From the NCBI RefSeq assembly GCF_009914755.1, contig NC_060932.1: a stretch of DNA of 64,000 bases; one strand, written 5' to 3'. The position numbers and the translations under genes were made by a program. Below the pieces are notes generated by a model, which saw only the letters and a program-made list of their open reading frames with translations, searched no databases and was not told the origin of the DNA. The DNA comes from the human T2T-CHM13v2.0 reference genome, Homo sapiens. Below are positions 13,529 to 27,998 of this stretch, one piece after another; position 1 is the stretch's first letter; each line of letters begins with the position of its first letter.

Positions 13529-16132
13529 TGGTGCTAGGATAGCTATTTCTTACTGTAATTGCCAGAGGCAGAAATGGTCTGGGTATAAGCTATTTCATAA
13601 AAGCAGCTTTAAATTGTCAGTATTAAGGTTTTCATGTGGAAAGGTGTCATTCAAAAAAAAAGTAATTGGCATACATATTCCACATCATCGATCCTCTCTG
13701 TGGTGTTAATTTTTTTATATGACCAGTAGAAAAATTTTAATATTCTCACAATATAGGTTTTGGGGCTTCCATATCATCAAAAGACTGAAAAATTATAATT
13801 TTAGAATTAAACTGATGGATTTCATTATAGAATTATCTGTGAGTTGTGTAGACACAGTCTTAATGTTTCTGGTTATGACAGATAAGTTTGCTCAAAAAAT
13901 GTGGATGAAGCCATTATTGTTATTATTGTTATTGCTTCTGTTCAGTTGTCTAAGTATCATCCCTTCTGTGGCCCATCACGCAGCAGAGTTGCCCTACAAA
14001 TTTCATTTGGCAGCGCCATAACATTCATTTAAAAAGTTTATGAAAACATTCATTTGAAAGTTCCATGCAGCTTTAGCACAGAGTTGACCAAACACTGGCG
14101 TAAGTTCAATTTACACAGAATATTTGAATTGAAACAATAGAAATTTTTCTCATAATATATACCTATGTGAAACCAACTTATCTGCATAATTAAATCTAAT
14201 ACATATTTAAGCCAGTTTAAGTGCTTTGTGTTGATGCCATGCTTATCAAATACATGCACAAGCTAAACATAATTTGAATGGGTCTATGAAGGAAAAATAA
14301 TGCTTAGACTTTGGTGTAGGTTCTTCCTGTGTAGCCATATACCCAGGCTCTGCAGTATCGAAGGATGCAAATGTTGACATAGATGGAAGCTCTTACCTAC
14401 CAAAGTGTTTAGGAAGGATAAAGTTACATTTGTCTTAATTTCTAACATTATCTTTGCTTTTATGTTTCATAAAAATTTGTCATTATTTATGCTGGTGAAA
14501 CGTATAATCACATCCAATTATTTGAACACATGCAAAATAATTTTTTAAATTATGTTATTGTTTAAATTTGACTTATGGGAGATCAGTCAAAAACTTAGAA
14601 GGTTTAACACTTCACTGATTAATGGTGCTGAAAACACGTTACAATTACCACATATCCTTGCTATAAGTTTTGAAGTTTCTTAGCAATTAAAGTTTTTTTA
14701 TTCAGTGTGAACTGTCAGTATCTATTCTGGTGCTAAATGTATGGTGCTAAATGAATTGTTAGTGTTGATGGCTTTAGTAATGCTCCTTTTATTCATTGCT
14801 AAATTTAGTGTTATCCATTTGATTCCTGATTCAGAAATATCAATAAAATCCTATGTTAAATTAATCTTTACCAAAAACAGGCAAGTTAACTCTGTTGTTT
14901 TAATTCAACAGTCCAACATTATTTAGGTGTTACAGAGTGTAAATATATTTCTTTGGGAGTTATTTTCTTTTTAAAATCTTTTTATAGCTTGGCAATGTCC
15001 AAAGTCAAATATCACCTAAACTGGTTAGATTACTTCTACAGCTAATAATATTGCAGGCACTGGCGCCCTCTGGTGGTTATGAAGACAAATTCTTAATGGC
15101 TACTTGACCTACAGCAAAAGCCATTTCTGTACCATAAAAATTTGTTGTGCAATATTAGAATTATCATATGTTTCCTACATCTGACAGCACCTAAAATGTT
15201 TGATAATATTAACATGTATCTAAGAGGAAAAAAGAGTTAATATATTCTGGCACCCACTTTCCTAGTAATGTTTTCCATGATTTTCCAGTTCTGAGGCACT
15301 TATTAAAGTGCTTTTTTTTTTCTGAATTAATTAGGTATTGGTAAAATATATTTTTAAATTTAGTTAGCTTTATAAACACAATTAGAATTACAATTAATTA
15401 ACAGAGGTATAATTGTCTCACTTTCAGAAGTGATCATTTATTTTTATTTAGCACAGGTCATAAGAAAAATATATAGAAAAATAATCAATTTCATATATAA
15501 AAGGATTATTTCTCCACCTTTAATTATTGGCCTATCATTTGTTAGTGTTATTTGGTCATATTATTGAACTAATGTATTATTCCATTCAAAGTCTTTCTAG
15601 ATTTAAAAATGTATGCAAAAGCTTAGGATTATATCATGTGTAACTATTATAGATAACATCCTAAACCTTCAGTTTAGATATATAATTGACTGGGTGTAAT
15701 CTCTTTTGTAATCTGTTTTGACAGATTTCTTAAATTATGTTAGCATAATCAAGGAAGATTTACCTTGAAGCACTTTCCAAATTGATACTTTCAAACTTAT
15801 TTTAAAGCAGTAGAACCTTTTCTATGAACTAAATCACATGCAAAACTCCAACCTGTAGTATACATAAAATGGACTTACTTATTCCTCTCACCTTCTCCAG
15901 TGCCTAGGAATATTCTTCTCTGAGCCCTAGGATTGATTCTATCACACAGAGCAACATTAATCTAAATGGTTTAGCTCCCTCTTTTTTCTCTAAAAACAAT
16001 CAGCTAATAAAAAAAAAATTTGAGGGCCTAAATTATTTCAATGGTTGTTTGTTTGAAATATTCAGTTCAGTTTGTACCTGTTAGCAGTCTTTCAGTTTGG
16101 GGGAGAATTAAATACTGTGCTAAGCTGGTGCT
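13529..16132 (+). promoter_or_regulatory. Cluster of five miR-29 seed matches in PI15 3' UTR
   Basis: TGGTGCTA 8mers at 13529, 14728, 14742; TGGTGCT 7mer-m8 at 14623, 16126 (miR-29 seed AGCACCA). Confidence 0.8.
15061..15079 (-). promoter_or_regulatory. Candidate CTCF binding site
   Basis: Minus strand reads TAACCACCAGAGGGCGCCA, a close match to the CTCF core CCASYAGRKGGCRS. Confidence 0.65.
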
Positions 16133-16489
16133 TGGATACATATTACAGCATCTTGTGTTTTATTTGACAAACAGAATTTTGGTGCCATAATATTTTGAGA
16201 ATTAGAGAAGATTGTGATGCATATATATAAACACTATTTTTAAAAAATATCTAAATATGTCTCACATATTTATATAATCCTCAAATATACTGTACCATTT
16301 TAGATATTTTTTAAACAGATTAATTTGGAGAAGTTTTATTCATTACCTAATTCTGTGGCAAAAATGGTGCCTCTGATGTTGTGATATAGTATTGTCAGTG
16401 TGTACATATATAAAACCTGTGTAAACCTCTGTCCTTATGAACCATAACAAATGTAGCTTTTTAAAGTCCATTGTATTGTTTTTTCTTTC

Positions 16490-16495
16490 AATAAA
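16490..16495 (+). terminator. Distal polyadenylation signal of PI15
   Basis: AATAAA with upstream TGTA elements (16452, 16472) and downstream 'ttggttgtttttg...ttgtttcctttttttc'. Confidence 0.75.
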
Positions 16496-18158
16496 AGAGT
16501 ATAATTAATTGGTTGTTTTTGAAGTATATCTAATTGTTTCCTTTTTTTCATAGTTTTAAAGTAGATTAGACACTAGATGAACTGGCCTTTTGGACCATCG
16601 GCCAGTTTTGATGAGAGATAAATCACTTTTCTAAAGCAACAATGATTGTATCTTTAATGCATCACTGAACACCAACTTCTCTATTTTTCTTTCTTCCTTC
16701 CCTTTTCTATTTTCTGCCCTCCTTCTTTCCTTCTTTTGCCACTAAATCCCCGCAAATATTTTGAGGTATCATTATAAAAGATATTTCCATGGAGGGAGAG
16801 CAAAAGAACAACATCAAGAAGTTCTGACTAAGGAAAACTGCTGCAGTTGACCATGAATATTTTTTGTTTCTTCCTAGAGGGCTTCTAAGCCTTTTTAAAG
16901 GAGAGGCACCATCTCAGGCCGCTAGTCTGCCCAAGGCTGGAGACTCCCAGGGTGGCTCTTCCTTGTAGAGGGGTAACTCTTTCATCTCTAATGAGATGGT
17001 TGATCTCACAGGCCAGTTGAGAAAGACCAGAATCTAGGACTTCATTTAAATTTTTCCTTACCATAGAGAGAGCCTCACTAACTGAAGCCTTTTCAAAGAG
17101 CATCTCCCCCACAACCCTGTAGCTGTCTCTCAGCTTCTCTTTCTCTTGCTAGTTGTCCTTGCTCACTTCACTTCCTCCTGTTTGAAGCCTCTGGTTTTCC
17201 ACTCACAATTTTGGGAAGTTCTGTCATCTCCAGAGGAGGTGGGGTTCCATTCACTGATCTGTGCGTGTGTATGTGCATGCATGTGTGTGCAGGTGTGTGA
17301 GGTGTGTGTTGCAATTTCTAGCCCCACAGAGGCCTGACTGATGCTAGCAAAATCTCACCCTTCTATTCTGGGACATCTCTGAAGGTGAAGAAATGGGGCG
17401 GGGGGTGATGACCCCATTCAGTCTTACCCACTGTTGAGCACTAATTAGCCTGTGCTAATTATGAGAGGCAATGCCCCCTGACAAGGCAGACATTGGCTTT
17501 CCCAGATACAGCATACTGTACTCTTGTAAGCAAAGCCTATTCCTGCTGTCACTTGACTCTGCCCTAGGTCCTTCTGAGACAGTAACCTTGGCACTGTGGT
17601 CCCAGGAAGCACTGACTCTCTCCTGTGCCGTGCTTACACTTTGCAGGAGTGATTGGTCCTGTCTGGTCCTGTCTTAGCAAAGTGGAGAGGTGACACACAT
17701 CCTCAGTTGAATATCTGTGACCTCAGCTCTCTCCTTTGATGAAGGAAAAATGAAATCCTGGCATGTTTCCTTCATTGACAGCCTAATAATTGAAGGGAAC
17801 ACGCCAGCTTATGAAGGAACACATGGATTTTACCAAACTTAGGTGCAGACAGAAATTCATTCTGTGACTTTCTACATAATACATTGAACAATGTAGTTAA
17901 TTATCTCAAAAATGATTTTTTTCTGAAAACATGCACATGAAAATGGTATAACTATACTTTATTCTAAAAACTAAAAGGTATGTGAAAATTCTACAAGCTC
18001 TAGAATCTGTCAGTATCCTGCAAAATTGTGTATGCATTTACCCTTTAACTCAGCAATTCCTCTTCTACACATCCATTGCAGAAATACACTGGCAAAATAT
18101 GAAATGACATGTGTACAGTGTGAATCATTATAGTATGATTTGTAACTATTTGTAATAG

Positions 18159-18544
18159 TGTTAGCGAAACATCAGGGGTTCAGTCTAGCTCCTGCTGCTC
18201 TCAGCATAGAAAGTCAGTCACTGAGACAATGATTATTGCCAAGGAAGAAGGCTTTGCAGTGGACAAGATGAGAGATCAGTCTCAGATTCATCTCCCTCTC
18301 TGACTAAAATTAGGGGTTTATATAGCAGGGAGGAAATGTCACCATGTATGGGAAAACAGGAACTCTGGAGAGGTAAAGAAGAAATCATAATGAATGAAGG
18401 GCCTGGCTTCTCATTGTCTGAATCTGGTGAGTTTCAAGCTTTAAGACCAGAAGGGTCAATCTCTATGTTTATCAAAAACAAAAACAACAGCAGCAGCAAC
18501 AACAACAACAAAAAACCGTCTTTGGGACTACTGGGTCAGTTTCA
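18159..18544 (-). mobile_element. ERV1 solo LTR, MER31-like
   Basis: TG...CA termini; 4-bp TSD ATAG at 18155-18158 and 18545-18548; 'tgttagcgaaacatcaggggttcagtctag' resembles MER31. Confidence 0.75.
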
Positions 18545-18618
18545 ATAGCAAAAGGCCAGAAACAAAGGTAAATCAGAAACGGGTTGGCTGAGTAGTATGC
18601 CCACATGAGATAATACAT

Positions 18619-18977
18619 TGCCTTCCTTTGTTTGGGCTGCTATAATAAAGTATCACAGACTGATTGGCTTATAAACTACAGACATTTATTTCTCACAGTT
18701 CCGGAGCTTAGAAGTCTGATATCAGATGCCAGCCTGATGAGGCTACAGAGAGTTCTTTTCCGGGTTGCAGACTCCTGGCTTCTCCTCGTATCCTCATGTG
18801 GCAGAAAGAGAGTGTACCAGCTCTCTGAGGTTTCTTTTATAAGGATGCTAATTCCATTTATAAGAGCTCCACCCTCACAACCTAATTACCTCTCAAAGGT
18901 GAGCCCCCTAATATCATCACACTAGGGGGTCAGGATATCAATATATGAATTTGTGGGGATACACTCAGTCCATAAAA
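18619..18977 (-). mobile_element. MaLR solo LTR (MLT1A-like)
   Basis: 'gggctgctataataaagtatcacagactg...tttatttctcacagttc...atatgaatttgtggggatacac'. Confidence 0.75.
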
Positions 18978-20759
18978 ATTATGCAGTTGAAAAAAATCTT
19001 TATAAACTCATACGAAGTGGTCTCCCAGGATACTTCCCTAAGTGAAAAAAGTATTGTACAGAAGAGTGTAATTGGTATGCTACCCTGGTGAGAAGATTCT
19101 GGGGGAATACTACACGTACACAAGCATGCATTTATGATACTATCAGTTTTTATTCGCAAAAAGAAAAGTGGAATGGTGAATCAGAAAAGAATAAAAATTA
19201 TTACCTCTAGGGGGTAAGAAGGGAACCTAATAAATGGACAAAAATATTTCAAATGACTCTAACACTTAGTATTTTGGGTGTATATCCTCAGTGGAACATA
19301 TTTTAAAGATAGAGTTGCAAAGAAAGATTTCATTTTATTCAGTAGCCTGCTTGTAGTATTATTAGTGAGGGGTGAGAGACTAATGCACATAAGTAACTAG
19401 ACTGCTCTTTTTAGAAATCAAAGTTTTCAATGTAAGAGAAAAGAGGTACCATCTGAAAAAATAACACTGAAGTATGAATTTGAAACATCAATATTAACTC
19501 AAGGTATTTGAGTTTATGTAGTCTTAAAAGCTCTGAACAGTGTAAAGTCCTAGAAACTCAGAATCCAATAGTGCTAAGTTCAGTTAGTGTACAGATTGTT
19601 GTCCCTAACACCATCATCGCTTAAGGTAAGGCTTGGCCTTACTTCAGCTGCCACCACCTAATCCTTGACACCACTGTCTCTCACATACATTAATGGAGTC
19701 CAAAGTGGGGTTTGTTGTCCCTAGTGCTCAAGAAGCACAATTGAGAGTCATGCTTAGGAAACACAAGAACTTGTTTTGATATTTAACTTTATCTAAGAAA
19801 AAGAAAGAAAAAAATGAAGATTCCCTGCAGGACAATGGATTGACAGCGATGGCTCTCCCTTGATCCATCAGTAAGGGACATGTTTCCCCAGAAGGGTGTG
19901 GTGTCTGAAGAATGGCGAGTGGCCTACGACAGCAGTGTCGCCTGTGCTTCTCATGCGGGTGTGTGCTTTTAGGGCTTTTCCACATACTGTATTTTAGTGA
20001 ACCAGATAAGAGAATGAACTAATTTTGAAATCCGGCTTTTAACGAACATTGACAAAAAGTTTCAGAAAATTCCCACGGAACAAATATTAAAAATAATTTG
20101 ATAATGAATGCACAAGTAACACTAGGAAATGTAAGAGCTGGTACTTACCTTGCTTACAATAACAAGCTGTCAACTACATTATAAGGTAAAAATAATGATG
20201 ATCTACTATGATAGACTGGCCAAGGAATTCAAAATTTTCTAGACTACTAGGAGTAATAAATGTGCTGTTAATGATTCATATTTGCCTTGATAGATTAGCT
20301 GGTGAGTTAGGCCATCATGATTAGCACTGTTTTTAAATGAAAATAAATGTAAAATGATGATTGAAGTGATATACTAAACAAAACTTTTCAAAATTATTGA
20401 GCATATTTGAGCATATTTGATCATGTTGCTCTGCTAAAAATGTAAATACTGGCAAAATTTAAATTTGAAATTATAATAGAAATATCACAGTACTGTTCTG
20501 GGGAAAGCAAAATGACTTTATAGCATTGATGACAAAATATTTTTAACAGTTATTAGAAATTTTACTGTAAATATTTTGTTACTTGAATATTTTATAATGT
20601 ATACAATGTATTATAATTCATGGAACCTAGGGGCTCTAATGTCTAATGTCTAATATATATCAGCACAGGTTATAATTTATATCATACACAATGGGGTAGG
20701 GAAGATCCAAACTTTTTACTATCGGATTGCACAGCCAAAAATTTTAGAAGCAATAGGTG

Positions 20760-21788
<1,029 letters not shown>

Positions 21789-22296
21789 GTCGTAGGGATT
21801 AAATGAAGTAATGTACATAGAACATTTAACATGGTTCCTTGTGAGGAATTAACACAAATCATTATTTATCTCTATCATTTTTTACAATGTTCTGAAAAAT
21901 AATTAGGGATCTATGAGATCTATATTCTTAGAAAGTTTGTGCTAACGGAGTTAATTTGCCATAGAAATAGTAAACCAAGCTTGTTTTTTCACAAAACTAG
22001 TATTTATCATCTGCTATGTTACTTTTAAAAAAAAAATCTGTAGCTGGAAATAATTACATTAATATCTTTTAGGAATGGGTTCATATAGTTTGAACAGTCA
22101 ACTCATGACACAGATTGCCTAGATAGACATTTTTATGTTGGCCCCTGATTTCACCTTTACATTGATAAGAATGTGGCAAAGAATGCAAGTTCTGGGAAAA
22201 CAGCACTGAATCCTTTAGCTTTTTCCTATACTGTCTGTATTTGAAAATGAAAATAGGCCACAGAGAAAGACAACGAAGACATACATGAGGAGAAGT

Positions 22297-22418
22297 ACGC
22301 CTGTGAGGCTGAGGTGGGAGGATCGTCTGAGCCTGGGAGGTCCAGGCTTCAGTGGGCTGTGATCATGCCATTGCACTCCAGCCTTGGCAACAGAGTGAGA
22401 CACTGTCTCAGAAAAATA
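22297..22418 (+). mobile_element. Alu right-arm fragment (AluJ/FRAM-like)
   Basis: 'gaggctgaggtgggaggatcg...gcactccagccttggcaacagagtgagac'. Confidence 0.8.
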
Positions 22419-23454
22419 AGTAAGTTTGCTCAGTAATTCCAGTGTGAATCAAATAGGGTAATCTGAAAATGACCGAATCAACTGGCATCTTTGAAACTTG
22501 GGTGTTTTTTTCTACAGTACTTAATGAGTTCTACTCAGAAGACTAAGAATGTGAGAATTTTATCTAACTGATTCATCAGCTTGAGCCACTAAATGAATAT
22601 GAAAAAGAAACTACTTCACATAGAAAAAAAAGTCTAAGTATGTGAAATATCTTTTTGGAGCTAGAAAATAAAATGTTAAACCATACATATAATGAAACAA
22701 CTCTACCAAACTATAATTATATTAACAAATTTTCAGATAAATTACAATCTTCCCTGAGGTTGAACACAACATCCATATATTTAAAAAATATTGTGGTGAC
22801 AAACAAAATTACCTGTATGCAGTTTTGAATAACCTTCTGGAAGAGGAGGGATACTGTGAATCTCTGAGAATCACTGATAGAGACACTCATGAGTAAACAG
22901 AATGAAACTAGTCTGTTTAATTTATTAAAGTTCTCTGTGTGCTGCTTACTTCTGTATTTTATTATAATTATGTGCATGGTTATTCATTTTTTTTCATGAT
23001 TTTCTTGAGTTCCAACTATGTGCCAGACTCTATTCTAGGTTTTGGAGCTATGCAGTGAGCAAACCAAGTAAAAATCCATGCCTTCATGGAACATCTGTTC
23101 TAGACGGGGAGAGGTTGACAAGAGACACAAAGACACGGAATATGTCAGAGGGTAATCAACACTATGGAGAAAAAATAAGGCAGGATGAGACAGAGGAAGA
23201 ACAGGGAGGGAGGATGCTTAATTTTACCTAAGGAGTCAGGAAAGTCCTAATGAAAGTAACATTTCAGCAAAGATATGAAAGATTTGCTGGAGATAGCCAT
23301 GTGGCAACTGTACCTAGGCATCTACCATGTGTATCTCTGGGGAAGAAGTTTCCAGGCAGCGGAAGATGGAGGCAAAGGCCTTGTGGCAGGACCATGCCTG
23401 TCTGGTCCACAGATGTGCAGCAGAGGGGGAGAATAAAATAGTATTAGAAAAGGC

Positions 23455-23804
<350 letters not shown>

Positions 23805-23824
23805 AGGGGCCAGAGATTTCTTAA

Positions 23825-24062
23825 AGGATGCAGAATTACGGCTAGATAGTAGGAATAAGTTTTAGTGTTCTATACCACCATAGGATTACCATGATTAAGA
23901 ATAATATAGAGTTTCAAATAACTGCAAGGAATATATTGAATATTGCCAACACAAAAACTGATGTTTGAGATCATTACCCTGGTCTGATAACAATATATTA
24001 CATGTATCAAAAAACTTCACTGTATACCCCATAAAATGTACACTTATGAGTCAATAAAAAAA
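23825..24062 (+). mobile_element. L1MA 3' end fragment
   Basis: 'gctagatagtaggaataagttttagtgttcta...cactgtataccccataaa...caataaaaa'. Confidence 0.7.
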
Positions 24063-26019
24063 GGAAATGAGGACAAGGAGATCACAAAATACTGTGTGGA
24101 CCAGATTATTGTAAGGACTTTGACTTTTATTCTGAGTGAAACAGAAAGTCATTGAAAGTTTTAAGCAGAAAAGTGCCATGATTTAACACATTTCAGAAGG
24201 ATCACTATTTTCACTGTGCTCAAAATAGACTGTAAAGAGGCAGGGAGGTCACCTTCATTAGGATCTTGCTCTGTCAATCATCTTTTCTTTCTCTGGTAGT
24301 TTTACTCTTCTTCCAAGCCCAGAAGAGCACACAGAAAACAGCCACTGTCTTATCCACTGTTTAGTCCCTGACTACTCAGACTCATGAATGTGCCTCACAC
24401 AGTCATTGACTTCATTTTTTGATCAGATTATTAGATTTTTCCTATAGAGTTGTTTGAGCTCCTTATATATTCTGGTTATATAACCTTGTCAAATGGGTAG
24501 TTCAAATATATTTTCTCCCATTCTGCAGGTTATCCCAATTGCCTGCTTAATCCCTGGCCTCTTGCAATTCATTCATTCTACAAACATTTTTTAGCATGTT
24601 TCACATGTTAGGTACTATCTAAAATAAAAATCAGGCAAGTGCATACCTGCCAGAAACTTATGTTGTGGTGGCAGGTGGCAGAAATATAGAAGTCACTAAG
24701 TGTATAATAAAATGCCCAGTGGAGATCCTTGCTATGAGGAAAAATGAAACAGGGGAGGACAGAGAGGATGATGGGACCATAGGTACCTGAGCTGGTCAAG
24801 AAGGGCCCCACTGAAGAGGTAAAATCTGAGCCAACACCTGAATGATGTCCACTCTCCCTGAAATGCAACTGTGCCTTGAAAGAATTGTGTGATTTCACTG
24901 AAAATAACTAGCACTTTTATTGTCTTTCTTCATTGTCTCTGTTGAACTTAAGGCAGTTTTCATTTGATTTTTCTTGAAATTCTTCTCCTTCAGTTCTGTA
25001 TTTTCCTACTTGACCTCTATTATCTCCGGGACTTTGAGTGGTTTAATGAGGAACCCATATCCCCTAGGCCAAGCCTGACATGTCACTCTGCTGTTCAAAT
25101 TCTTTTCTTTGCTTCTTGCCCCTTATAGAATAAATGCAAACAGCCTTTATTTCCATTTAACTACCCTCAGGCTGAAGGCCAGAGTTTATATTTACAGCTT
25201 ATTTCTACTATGCTTCATCCTTTTTTCTAAAGATAAACTGATACCTTGTATTACTTATATCTTCTTCCATACTTCCCAACAACTCTGCTGAGTCTCACAC
25301 AATTTACATCGCCTGGGCATGCGTGGGACAGCATAAATCTGTCATGGCTTTAATTTTACCTCTTCTGGAGGTCTTTGGTTTCCCAATTTATGAGCATACT
25401 TTCTTTCCTTTGAGCCCCAACAGCACTTGAACGATATCTCTATTCTTGCATTTACCTTCTAGTTTCCCTTATTGCGTAATCATAAACATCCTAAAAATAT
25501 CTTTAGTACACAACAAGTTCTGTGCTAGGGTCATCTTTGTATTACACACTACTAGCACAGAATAGCCATTCACCATTGAAAGAATTGATGCTTTTATTCA
25601 GGACTGTGGTCAAGCTGTCATATTATTTCTGCCATAGTCATATGCCTGCATGTACATGAGTGACTAACAGATGCCACTCTTGTAGCTATCTGCAGTGGCA
25701 TACTTCTGTTGCAAACTTATGGGAACTTAGTTACATCATAGGTATACTAAATATATTTTTTCCATTACTCATACTCAAATATAGAAGAAATAGAAAATGT
25801 TTGTCAAAGAAACGTATGCAGAGAACACGTGAATGATTTTTAGTTTTCCAATCTTTGACAAAGTAACGTAATTCATACTTCAAGTGGACAAGTGAGTGTG
25901 TGGTGATGTTTTCAAAGATATTTGAGAATAAAGTTGAAGAGAAACACTGACTAAATAAGAGTGAGAAACTGATATAAGGGTTGTAAATTTTTTCAAAAAT
26001 GGTTCAGGGCTCTACTTTA

Positions 26020-26306
<287 letters not shown>

Positions 26307-26694
26307 GTATTTTCAAAGATCATTTCTACTTAGTGTAAATTTAAATGCCAATTACAATAGAATAGCTGATCCCCTTGTTAAGTAAATATTTATGGCAAAA
26401 TATAACTTTATAATTTAAATAATTCATAATATCCTCCAGTAAATAAAAATTATTTAGGGCATTTCAAAGCATCTGTTCTATTTCCTAATTTTTTTTTAAC
26501 AAGCACAATGCACAAACAAAACATTAAATAAAAAGTATAATGGTATCACCTTCTATATGTTTCATATACTTGCATATTTTTACATATGCATACATATTTT
26601 TACATATTAAAAAACAGTCCACATTATTTGCATTCTACTCATTTCTCTAGTGGAAAAGCTAGCTAGTTACATTCTAGCATGAAATGTACTGTAA

Positions 26695-26992
<298 letters not shown>

Positions 26993-27189
26993 TATAATGC
27001 AATATTAAATGAGAATATCAAGTATACCTTAGGAAGACCTGGGATTTGTGGGTAGGTATGGACTCTTAGACTTTCTGACCGAGATGATCTCTGAAACAAA
27101 TCCTCTCTTCCTTTTCCTGTTTTCCATAATCATGAGTTTTTTTTTCCCAAAGTGATGTAAGACATTTGGCAATATATTTAAAGTTTTAA

Positions 27190-27985
27190 AACTCTAAGCA
27201 CAACATATTAAAAGAAAACTGCACCTGAGCACATCATAGTCAAATTACTAAAAATCAAAGAGAATGAAAGCTTTTAAAGCAGCTGAAACAAAGGACAATT
27301 GTCATTAATGGTGCAAGAAGTAGACCAAAGGGTTAATTTTCAATAGAAACTTTGAATGATGGAAGGCAAAAGAATAATATCCTTAAAGTAGTAAAAGCAG
27401 AAAATCGCCAAACTGAAATTCCAAACCTGTAGAACTTATTATTCAAAAATAAAAATGAAATAACATATTTGCAGATTGAAAGAAAAAAGCTGAGAGAATT
27501 ATTGCCTGAATAAACTAATGGGTGTGCTTCAGACACAAGGAAGGTGATACCAGATGAAAAAAGTGAACTATAAGAATAAATAAATAATGCCAGAAAGGTG
27601 AATATAAAGGGAATATAAATGAGTATTAACTGTTTAAAAGGACAGCAATAATGATGTCTTATGGGTTTATAATGTATATACAATAATATATATGGGAACA
27701 ATAATATAAAGTGGGGAGGAAAATAGAGTGTCTTCCATTGATTAGGGAACAGTAACTGTATTAAGTCATAATTTAAGAAACCATATAATCTCTAGAACAA
27801 TTATTGAAGGAATAATAGAAGAATGTAAAAATAAAAATCTAATAGAGCAGGAAAATGAGAAAAATGGATTACTCAAAAGAAGTCAAAAAGAAAGAATTAA
27901 GAAACAAAGATGAGACATAGAGAACCAATGGCTAGATTATACAATTCAACTTGTATATCAGTAATTACATTAAAAAGTTATTTTA
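27190..27985 (+). mobile_element. Ancient L1M ORF1/inter-ORF remnant (host of the young L1)
   Basis: 'gcacatcatagtcaaattactaaaaatcaaag' (HIIVKL-like ORF1 remnant) and 'atatcagtaattacattaaa' (ISVITL, start of old ORF2 EN). Confidence 0.6.
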
Positions 27986-27998
27986 GAAAACTCTACCT

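Larger units (their letters stand above)
10729..16515 (+). other. PI15: PI15 long 3' UTR (~5.8 kb)
   Basis: Follows stop codon; AU-rich and almost free of young repeats; ends after AATAAA at 16490 with GU/U-rich downstream element; exact end inferred. Confidence 0.8.
17930..19240 (+). mobile_element. Ancient L1M (L1ME-like) 3' fragments interrupted by two LTRs
   Basis: 'ccctttaactcagcaattcctcttcta...' resumes after the LTR at 'atagcaaaaggccagaaac'. Confidence 0.55.

Noticed and set aside
13482-14021. 75- and 100-aa ORFs in the 3' UTR
   Set aside because: Low-complexity composition (poly-Leu from TTA/TTG repeats) with no domain resemblance; expected by chance.
17438-17463. Two TAATTA homeobox-like palindromes near a GC box downstream of PI15
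   Set aside because: Short motifs common in AT-rich DNA; insufficient evidence without conservation data.
20395-20655. Short tandem repeats (gagcatattt x2; ctaatgt x2-3)
   Set aside because: Ordinary slippage repeats, too short to imply function.
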